Source: a bacterium (lineage in GTDB: Bacteria > SZUA-182 > DTGQ01 > JAFGSM01). Taken from it: a stretch of DNA of 15,018 bases. A program made the position numbers and the translations under genes. The stretch spans positions 1 to 15,018 of the forward strand of contig JBLIRO010000102.1 of assembly GCA_049472335.1 (NCBI GenBank), read 5' to 3'. The notes below the pieces were generated by a model. That model did no database searches. It was not told the origin of the DNA and was given only the letters and a program-made list of their open reading frames with translations. The first letter of the stretch is position 1. Every line of letters starts with the position of its first letter. Below, one piece after another: positions 1 to 6,328 of the stretch.

Positions 1-411
1 AAAGAAAAACCAAGCGGGATTGGGCTTATTTTCTGGAAAAGATTGCTGGCCAATACGAAGGTACGGAAAAAATAACGCTGGTGATGGACAACCTGAATAC
101 TCATACACCAGGGTCGCTCTATGAAACGTTTCCGCCGGATAAGGCAAAGGCATTATGGGACAGGTTCAATTTTGTGTATACCCCAAAACATGGGAGTTGG
201 TTGAACATGGCTGAGATAGAGTTGAACGTGCTCACGGGACAGTGCCTGAATAGAAAAATCGATAATATTGAAAAAGCAAAGAAAGAAGCACAAGCGTGGC
301 AGGAGCATAGAAATAATAAGAACGCAAAGGTGAATTGGCAATTCACAACAGAGGATGCAAGGATAAAATTATCTCGACTTTATCCGACAATTGAAAGTTG
401 ACTGGACACTA
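1..411 (+). mobile_element. IS630-family insertion sequence, right (3') part; ends at ...GTTGACTGGACAC-TA (CTAG at 409-412)
   Basis: The transposase C-terminus is followed 8 nt after its stop by TA (410-411) within CTAG, the typical IS630 target. Host coding sequence (a paralog remnant) resumes immediately after. The left end lies outside the window. Confidence 0.85.
3..401 (+). CDS. IS630-family transposase (DDE), 5'-truncated by the window edge
   Basis: The frame is open from nt 3 (RKTKRDWAYFLEKIAGQY...). It carries the IS630 motifs ITLVMDNLNTH, YTPKHGSWLNMAEIE and the C-terminal VNWQFTTEDARIKL. Confidence 0.93.
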   Translation, partial: RKTKRDWAYFLEKIAGQYEGTEKITLVMDNLNTHTPGSLYETFPPDKAKALWDRFNFVYTPKHGSWLNMAEIELNVLTGQCLNRKIDNIEKAKKEAQAWQEHRNNKNAKVNWQFTTEDARIKLSRLYPTIES

Positions 412-584
412 GTTTGCCCGCTCCTATCACCTTACCTTTAGGCTGGTCTTTATATCTACCAACCAAGTTGAGCGGTTTTGAATATTTCATACCCTTGGCT
501 AACGCAGTTTATTCTACGCGATATGGAGTGCCTACATCCGGTCTTTTGACTTCAGCCGATATTTGGGGTTTACCACCTCTTTAA
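411..584 (+). pseudogene. 3' fragment (57 codons) of a third member of the Pro-rich exported protein family, interrupted by the IS630 element
   Basis: Manual translation: SLPAPITLPLGWSLYLPTKLSGFEYFIPLANAVYSTRYGVPTSGLLTSADIWGLPPL* (TAA 582-584). It aligns with the C-terminus of 1231..1803 (GAPAPLALPLGWSLLLPTSLGHIQYYIPLAN...GLLSAAQLWGLPPL). There is no start codon, so it is absent from the ORF track. Confidence 0.9.
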
Positions 585-633
585 CTGGCACGGTTATATA
601 TCTCAATTTATAATGAGAGGAGGTTCATAAGTT

Positions 634-1191
634 ATGAGAAATATAAAGATTGTGTCATTTATTATAACCTTAATATGTTTTTGCCTGGTTATCTCCTCCT
701 CAGCTCAAGCGCAGTATTGGCAAGCCTTACCCCCTTATAATTTACTCTGGCCCCTGTGGTCTCCTGTTCTCTCACCCCCTGATCCTGTGACAGGCGTACC
801 TACTCCTCTGCTTACGGAGTTATCCAGTAGTACAATTTTGCCTGTTCAACCAGTATTGGCTACGGATCCTCAGCTTTATATCGGGCCAATGGGATTAATC
901 CCCCCGTTGCTATTTTATAATGGTCCTACCGGGCTACTATTTTTCAGTTCAGTTTATGGTCTGAATCCCTGGCCTCCACCCTCCTACCTGGACGCTCTTG
1001 GAAATCCTATACCTATCACTCTACTCCCCGGTTTTTCATTCACTCCAATACCATTATTAATCGATGTCGGAGTACCATTTCTTGTAGAATTAGCTAATTC
1101 CACATATCAGTTTGCTTATGGAAATGCTTTAGGTATTAATCCTGCCACGTTGTTAACTGCAGCCCAAATCTGGGGAGTTTCGCCTATTTAA
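634..1191 (+). CDS. Exported Pro-rich hydrophobic protein of unknown function (paralog 2)
   Basis: GAGGAGG ribosome-binding site upstream. Sec-type signal peptide ending AQA|Q. Shares Q.W.ALPPYN.LWPLWSP, TILPVQP.LA.DP, VYGLN.WPPP and AAQ.WG..P with 1231..1803. Confidence 0.88.
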   Translation: MRNIKIVSFIITLICFCLVISSSAQAQYWQALPPYNLLWPLWSPVLSPPDPVTGVPTPLLTELSSSTILPVQPVLATDPQLYIGPMGLIPPLLFYNGPTGLLFFSSVYGLNPWPPPSYLDALGNPIPITLLPGFSFTPIPLLIDVGVPFLVELANSTYQFAYGNALGINPATLLTAAQIWGVSPI

Positions 1192-1230
1192 ATGTAAAGT
1201 TTCTATATTGGGAGAGGAGGAGGATTATTT

Positions 1231-1803
1231 ATGATTTATAGAAAAAAAATTCTGATCTTCTTTGCCTTTTTTCTTTTAAGTGTAATAGCCCTATCATGGG
1301 TGTTAATTACTTCTACACCTCAGGCTCAAAACTGGGCAGCTTTGCCACCTTATAATATCCTGTGGCCCCTGTGGTCTCCGGCCCTGGTTACCGATTTCAA
1401 TCCTGATCCCCTTGTGCTTCTCGGTACTACACCCATTATCACCGAACTGTCCAGAACCACCATATTGCCTGTGCAGCCGGCTCTCGCTTGGGATCCATGC
1501 CAACCTTTACCATGGGCTATATATAATATACCTCTGGCCTTTGGGGGTGGGTTAGCCTATTTTGATCAGGTTTACGGACTCAATACATGGCCTCCGCCAT
1601 ATATGTTAGATCCTATTACAGGCGCCCCTGCACCACTTGCCTTACCCCTGGGTTGGTCACTTCTATTACCAACAAGTTTAGGTCATATACAATACTATAT
1701 ACCGTTGGCCAATCTGACCTTTGCTCTTAACTATGGTCTGACCACTCCGGAATTTTTGGGATTATTATCAGCAGCACAGTTATGGGGTTTACCACCTCTA
1801 TAA
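1231..1803 (+). CDS. Exported Pro-rich hydrophobic protein of unknown function (paralog 3)
   Basis: GGAGGAGG ribosome-binding site. Signal peptide ending PQA|Q. Clear paralog of 634..1191 and of the 411..584 remnant. Confidence 0.88.
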   Translation: MIYRKKILIFFAFFLLSVIALSWVLITSTPQAQNWAALPPYNILWPLWSPALVTDFNPDPLVLLGTTPIITELSRTTILPVQPALAWDPCQPLPWAIYNIPLAFGGGLAYFDQVYGLNTWPPPYMLDPITGAPAPLALPLGWSLLLPTSLGHIQYYIPLANLTFALNYGLTTPEFLGLLSAAQLWGLPPL

Positions 1804-1889
1804 TAGAAAGGGCTTTTTTAGAAAAGAAAGTAATAAGGCAGATTTAAATAATTGGGTTATTATTGGTTTATCATCCAGTATTAAAATAT

Positions 1890-1944
1890 ATAAAGGTGGT
1901 TGTGATTCATGAGATAAATATCTCAGTTTCCCAACCACCTTTAT
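1890..1944 (+). terminator. Long stem-loop after the paralog array; probable terminator or mRNA-stabilising hairpin
   Basis: ATAAAGGTGGTTG (1890-1902) is the exact reverse complement of CAACCACCTTTAT (1932-1944). There is an inner TGAGAT/ATCTCA stem, and T-rich tracts follow at about 1957-1972. Confidence 0.6.
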
Positions 1945-2270
1945 CTTTAGGTGTAATTTTTTTGCTTTTTTTGATATAATCTTATATAGGTGAATAATTA
2001 TTCTGTTCAGATGCAGGGATTATCTGGCAGCGTCAAAAGTTTCGGTGGTGAGTATTGCTTTTCTCGTTTAGACATAGGGGTTAGCCATACAGGTTTATTA
2101 CAGATGGAATTTGGCTATACAATCCTTATCTATTAAAACACGCCATAGGTGACCTCTGTAATATAATCAACTCGGGATACGTCATTATAGAAGAATTTAA
2201 AAATAAATAGTATAATAATATAAAAGGCTATTGCCTATTAAATCATAAATTAAATTTTTAAATAAAAAAA

Positions 2271-2295
2271 TCCCGGCAGCAAGATACGGGGTATC
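2271..2295. repeat. Possible degenerate REP-like / IS200-IS605-type hairpin
   Basis: A GC-rich island, TCCCGGCAGCAAGATACGGGGTATC, in very AT-rich DNA forms an imperfect hairpin. It resembles, from memory and unverified, ACCCCGCAGCAAGCTGCGGGG-type intergenic hairpins. Confidence 0.25.
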
Positions 2296-2336
2296 AAAAT
2301 AGAATATTTTATCTCTGCAAAGCAGGTATCGAAAAA

Positions 2337-2354
2337 TTAGTCCTTAAGGACTAA
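2337..2354. promoter_or_regulatory. Perfect 18-bp palindrome, candidate operator
   Basis: TTAGTCCTTAAGGACTAA is self-complementary and lies about 150 bp upstream of the 2506 start. Confidence 0.55.
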
Positions 2355-2505
2355 AATTAGGTATTTATAAGCTAGAGTAAGATTTTATAATATAAATAAA
2401 GAAAATTTTATGATATAAAAAGGAGGTGAATTATAATCCATTCAGATTACATGATGAACAGCAAATAAAGATCTAAAAGATCTATTGGTTAGGGAGGATG
2501 ATCCT

Positions 2506-2931
2506 ATGAAGAAAAGCTGCTTTTTATTTATAATCCTTTTAGGATGTTTAATTATATTAAGTATTTATTCAATATCTTACAACAATGTTTGTTGGGGGCA
2601 GGATTTAAGCCAGTTTCCAATATATATAGCACCAACGGCACTTCCCCAATACCCGACACTATGGGCACATACCTTTTATCCTTATTCATATATACCGGGT
2701 TTTGATAATCCCATTGAACGCGCAAGGTACGTCTATTTTACCTGGCCGGGATTTTCCGTTCTCAATTCATTCGGTCTTTCGGGGATAGAGCTCGCTTATT
2801 CCCATATATTCCCATTGAGCATGACTTACAACGATTATTATATGTTTCCCAACTGGAAAGTTCCACCTACAACAATCCCTTACACTCTCTCACTGTGGCC
2901 TACCTTTGCGCTGCCACCGGATTTATGGTAA
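2506..2931 (+). CDS. Small exported Pro/Tyr/Trp-rich protein of unknown function
   Basis: AGGGAGG (2491-2497) favours ATG 2506 over the track's TTG 2485. MKKSCFLFIILLG... signal peptide, probably cleaved at CWG|Q. The mature part is rich in aromatic residues and Pro. Confidence 0.8.
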   Translation: MKKSCFLFIILLGCLIILSIYSISYNNVCWGQDLSQFPIYIAPTALPQYPTLWAHTFYPYSYIPGFDNPIERARYVYFTWPGFSVLNSFGLSGIELAYSHIFPLSMTYNDYYMFPNWKVPPTTIPYTLSLWPTFALPPDLW

Positions 2932-3012
2932 ATTGGATGGGAGTAATGGCCAAATTACTATAAAAGACCATAAATGAATTAATATTATCTTATGCGCAAT
3001 AAAGATATTAAA

Positions 3013-3043
3013 AAAGGACCCTGATTTAGATTCAGGGTCCTTT
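3013..3043. terminator. Bidirectional intrinsic terminator between convergent genes
   Basis: 12-bp stem AAAGGACCCTGA / TCAGGGTCCTTT with a 7-nt loop, an A-run on the left and T residues on the right. Confidence 0.8.
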
Positions 3044-3086
3044 AATTATATTATCAGACGCCCCCAAGGAGATCATACTTAAAAAA

Positions 3087-3875
3087 TCAATGTGGCGCGA
3101 GTCCGTTACCTCTTTCGAACAGAAACCCAAATATCTTGGTCTTCGTTGCATTATCCATTAAATACATAAACAAGGGAATGGATATTAAAAAGGCCAGACA
3201 ACATGAAATTATCATTGAGCCAATGATCTGCTTCCTGGTAAAAATGCTGCTGTAAGCGTACTCATTAATCAATTTTCTGCTCAATGCAAAGAAAATCATG
3301 GCGAAAACCAATGCAATCATACCAATGATAAAGATTTCCAGGATTCCCAAATTCCCTCCGAGAGGGAGGAAATGAGTTTGTTTTGAGGTTCCAATCAAGG
3401 AAACGATAAAAATGAAAAAACCGATCAAAGGCCATCCGATGGTTTTCGAAATATGAGATCTCCACATCAAAAAGAAAATTGAAAAGGAGGCAAAGATCAA
3501 AACAAATAAGATAAAGACCGTTAATATACCATTATTTTGATGTCCCAAATATGTAGCCAGGCAACCACCCGTACAGGTCACGGCAGTTATGAAAGAAGCC
3601 AGGGCAATCAAGGATGTGAGGACCGTTTTTGTAACCACATGACCATTGTCCCCCTTTATGGCCAAAAAATAAATATAAAAACCCGAAACGCTTAGGGTAG
3701 TTACGGTCATGGATGCAAGTGCAATCTTGAGAAGAACGTGTCCATCTGCAGTTTTGAAAATTGAGAGAAAAATAAAGATAATAAATCCGCTTGTTACTGA
3801 AGATGCCAGTATAATTCCTTTCATCAGGTATAAAAAGATCGCAGCTCTCCATAATTTGTCTTTTGTATTCGTCAA
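3087..3875 (-). CDS. Multi-pass integral membrane protein (about 7-8 predicted helices), function unknown
   Basis: 262-aa ORF of consecutive hydrophobic segments with short basic loops. The start is uncertain: TTG 3875, or a possible ATT at 3896 behind a strong SD. Confidence 0.75.
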   Translation of the reverse strand: MTNTKDKLWRAAIFLYLMKGIILASSVTSGFIIFIFLSIFKTADGHVLLKIALASMTVTTLSVSGFYIYFLAIKGDNGHVVTKTVLTSLIALASFITAVTCTGGCLATYLGHQNNGILTVFILFVLIFASFSIFFLMWRSHISKTIGWPLIGFFIFIVSLIGTSKQTHFLPLGGNLGILEIFIIGMIALVFAMIFFALSRKLINEYAYSSIFTRKQIIGSMIISCCLAFLISIPLFMYLMDNATKTKIFGFLFERGNGLAPH

Positions 3876-4191
3876 TACATCTATAAAATCAAAAATTTTA
3901 ATCTCCTCCTTTCACAATTTTAATTATTGATGTTTTTTTACAGCCGGTTAGCTGTTTCAAAAACAGGAAGAAAAATATTTGCCCGATCAGCGTCAATTGC
4001 AAAAATTTCCTCTATTGGTATAACAAAGAAACAAATAAAAAATCTCCAAAAAATAAACTATTTGTATTATTTTAATTTTTTAGAAAATAAACCTATTTTA
4101 GGATAATATAAATATATCAATAGCTATAAAAGATGTCAACATAAACATTAACTATGATGATTTACATGGAAAAGAACTTAAGGATTGTACT

Positions 4192-4272
4192 ATGAAATAG
4201 ATACAGGTTGGCTCTGCTATTGAGTTTGTCCGGCTTTTAAAGAAAGCAGGAATAGTCCCGCCGGAAAAATAA
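4192..4272 (+). pseudogene. Decayed 3' fragment of a FixJ/NodW-like response regulator (homolog of 9160-9240)
   Basis: MK*IQVGSAIEFVRLLKKAGIVPPEK* versus MKKLQVDSAVELARLLEKVGITPLEK*: 16/26 aa and 60/81 nt identical by manual ungapped alignment (offset 4968). In-frame TAG at 4198-4200. Confidence 0.85.
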
Positions 4273-4281
4273 AGCCCCTTT

Positions 4282-4299
4282 ATTGGACCAAGGTCCAAT
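4282..4299. promoter_or_regulatory. Palindromic operator, copy 1 (ATTGGACC-AA-GGTCCAAT), upstream of the MauG-like gene
   Basis: 8-2-8 inverted repeat, identical to 9250-9267. It abuts a possible -35 (TTGAGA 4299-4304) with TATTTT 18 nt downstream. Confidence 0.75.
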
Positions 4300-4390
4300 T
4301 GAGATCTTTATTTCAACCTATGTATTTTATTTTTATAGTAATATGCTTTAATAGAGGTAAAATTACTTTAAAATTAAAATCAATTTAGAT

Positions 4391-4405
4391 TGACCAGTGT
4401 GGTCA
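4391..4405. promoter_or_regulatory. Inverted repeat TGACCA-GTG-TGGTCA, possible second regulator site
   Basis: 6-3-6 inverted repeat in an AT-rich leader region. The regulator is unknown. Confidence 0.3.
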
Positions 4406-4454
4406 GATTAGTGTTAATGAAAAAGATGGCTATTTTAAAACTACCAACATAAGG

Positions 4455-4483
4455 CCCTCAAAATTCTTCTTATTTTTTGAGGG
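4455..4483 (+). other. Stem-loop in the leader of the MauG-like gene
   Basis: CCCTCAAAA (4455-4463) pairs with TTTTGAGGG (4475-4483) and is followed by T-rich sequence. Confidence 0.35.
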
Positions 4484-4547
4484 TTATTTCTACATTTTTT
4501 TATTCTGAAAGATGTCAAATCTGCATTTATGACAAAAGGAGTCAATT

Positions 4548-4574
4548 ATGTTTGGAATGTTTGGAATGTTTGGA
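4548..4574 (+). repeat. Perfect tandem repeat (ATGTTTGGA)x3 at the start codon
   Basis: Read directly from the sequence; encodes MFG-MFG-MFG. Confidence 0.95.
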
Positions 4575-5771
4575 AGAAAGAATAATTTGATCTCTGCAGT
4601 GCTATTGGTATCAATTATATGTCTTGTGTATTCCCTGGCAGTCGCACAGGGACTTACACCAGAGCAAGAATTGGGCGAGAGGCTTTATTTTGATGAGAAC
4701 CTTTCTCTAAACAGGAATCAGTCATGCGCCAGTTGCCATGACCCTGGTTTTGGTTTTGTGGACCCTGATAATGTTCGAAATCTTACTCCGGTTTCGGACG
4801 GCTCAATTGTTACTCTATCCGGAACAAGAAATGCCCCAAGCGCTGCCTATGCCGCATTCAGCCCCTTTTTCCACTGGGACGGCATAGAGGGATTGTATGT
4901 GGGCGGCCAATTCTGGGACGGTCGCGCCAATACTCTTGCTGAGCAAGCAGCCGGCCCTTTCATAAATCCTGTAGAAATGGCCATGCCCAATAAGTGGGCA
5001 GTTGTAAGCAGATTAAAAGAGGATCACTATTACAGAGAGGCGTTCAATGATGTTTATGGTCTGGATCTTAATATGATTTTATGGTTTAATCCAAGAATTC
5101 CATTTGTGCCTCCAGGAGTGCTGGAGATTTACGACCGGATGGCCACGGCCATTGGAGAATTCGAAAAGACAAGGGAGTTCAACAAGTTTTCATCAAAGTT
5201 TGATTATTATCTGGCAGGCGATCCCGAAGCAGCTCTTTCCGAGACTGAGGAGAGAGGACTCCAACTTTTCAAGAATACTGATCCAGGTGGAGGAAAATGC
5301 ATCCTTTGTCATCCAATCGATTCAACCTTTGCCCCGGATGGGACAAAGATCCCGCCACTTTTTACGGATTTTACTTATGATAACCTGGGCATACCAAAAA
5401 ATCATGATATTCCCGGGGATCCTCCGACTGACTTTGGCCTTGGAGGCAGACCGGATATTGCGGAAAAAGATCCTGATGGTCTGCAAAGAGGCAAGTTCAA
5501 GGTAATGACCCTCCGCAACATTGAGATCACCCTGCCATACGGCCATAATGGGTTCTTTAAGACCCTTAAAGATATAGTGCACTTCTATAATACCCGTGAT
5601 GTCCCAGATGCGGGTTGGGACCCTCCGGAGGTTCCTAAAAATGTTAACACAGAGGAACTTGGAGATCTGGGACTCTCGGATGAAGATGAGGATGCAATCG
5701 TGGAATTTCTAAAGACCCTGACAGATGGATTTAAAGGTCCTCAACATGTTACATTTCCTCCGTTTCCTTGA
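4548..5771 (+). CDS. Exported di-heme cytochrome c peroxidase superfamily protein, MauG-like
   Basis: AAAGGAG ribosome-binding site and signal peptide (AVA|Q). Two CxxCH motifs: CASCH 4725-4739 and CILCH 5298-5312. Family motifs RNAP, GGQFWDGRA, NPVEM, FKVMTLRNI, PYGHNG and IVHFYN. Confidence 0.93.
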   Translation: MFGMFGMFGRKNNLISAVLLVSIICLVYSLAVAQGLTPEQELGERLYFDENLSLNRNQSCASCHDPGFGFVDPDNVRNLTPVSDGSIVTLSGTRNAPSAAYAAFSPFFHWDGIEGLYVGGQFWDGRANTLAEQAAGPFINPVEMAMPNKWAVVSRLKEDHYYREAFNDVYGLDLNMILWFNPRIPFVPPGVLEIYDRMATAIGEFEKTREFNKFSSKFDYYLAGDPEAALSETEERGLQLFKNTDPGGGKCILCHPIDSTFAPDGTKIPPLFTDFTYDNLGIPKNHDIPGDPPTDFGLGGRPDIAEKDPDGLQRGKFKVMTLRNIEITLPYGHNGFFKTLKDIVHFYNTRDVPDAGWDPPEVPKNVNTEELGDLGLSDEDEDAIVEFLKTLTDGFKGPQHVTFPPFP

Positions 5772-5816
5772 GGATAGATACATATAAAGAATTTTATAAA
5801 ATTTAACATTTAAGAA

Positions 5817-5852
5817 AAGGCCCGGCCATACACGCCGGGCTTTAAACTTTTT
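5817..5852 (+). terminator. Intrinsic terminator after the MauG-like gene
   Basis: GCCCGGC (5820-5826) / GCCGGGC (5834-5840) stem with a 7-nt loop, followed by TTTAAACTTTTT. Confidence 0.75.
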
Positions 5853-6023
5853 ATCCCCCCTTTAGTAGGTAATGGAATCAAATCTCCATTCTTGGATTAA
5901 AAAAAGATACAAGTGAATACCATTACAAAAGCTATATGGCAAAGAACATAGAATATTAGGACATGCTAATTATTTAATTCTTTTAAGATCCTCTGTCAAA
6001 AAGATTTTTAAAACATATATTAA

Positions 6024-6051
6024 TTGACAAAAAATCGAACTGTGATAAAAT
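6024..6051 (+). promoter_or_regulatory. Candidate sigma70 promoter for the kinase-regulator operon
   Basis: TTGACA (6024-6029), a 16-nt spacer and TAAAAT (6046-6051), with an extended -10 TG at 6043-6044. The AT-rich context lowers certainty. Confidence 0.5.
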
Positions 6052-6328
6052 ATTAATTGATTATAATTCACATCTATGATTTGTCTTCTTGGCTTAATTT
6101 TAGAGTTCTTTAATACAATAAATCCATAAATAATCCATTGCTAAAAATCAGTAAATAATCCTTTTACATTTATTGGCAATTTATGGAATTTATAATGAAA
6201 ATTTCGTTAATAGCCTTTAATCCTGAATCTAGCTATTAAGTTCATTTGGTTTGGCGCTTAGTCCCCTCATAATGAATATTTTGTTCACACTTGGACACTT
6301 GCATAGATTTATTTAAGAAACAGAATCT

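Noticed and set aside
119..346. Antisense ORFs over the transposase, and 1303..1503 over paralog 3
   Set aside because: Shadow frames of well-supported genes, with no motifs or ribosome-binding site.
399..584. The transposase TGA is in frame with the paralog remnant, suggesting a readthrough or selenocysteine fusion
   Set aside because: The transposase has a normal IS630 C-terminus at that stop, a frame match has a 1-in-3 chance, and no SECIS-like hairpin is evident.
586..601. TGGCACG resembling a sigma54 -24 element
   Set aside because: The -12 position reads TATA rather than TTGC.
1990..2190. Moderately GC-rich stretch in the spacer: possible small ORF, sRNA or riboswitch
   Set aside because: Only short frames were found on the minus strand and none of 60 aa or more in the track. 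I recognised no c-di-GMP or other riboswitch consensus. An Rfam/Infernal search would be needed.
2419..2476. Strong AGGAGGTG motif followed by a 16-codon GTG frame
   Set aside because: The GTG overlaps the SD itself and there is no start codon at usable spacing.
3265..3930. Alternative-frame ORFs 3265..3465, 3532..3852 and 3709..3930
   Set aside because: They overlap the 262-aa membrane protein ORF and have no coding features of their own.
4548..5771. Assigning the gene symbol mauG or ccpA
   Set aside because: There is no methylamine dehydrogenase cluster in the window and no Trp199 equivalent, and the Tyr ligand argues against ccpA.
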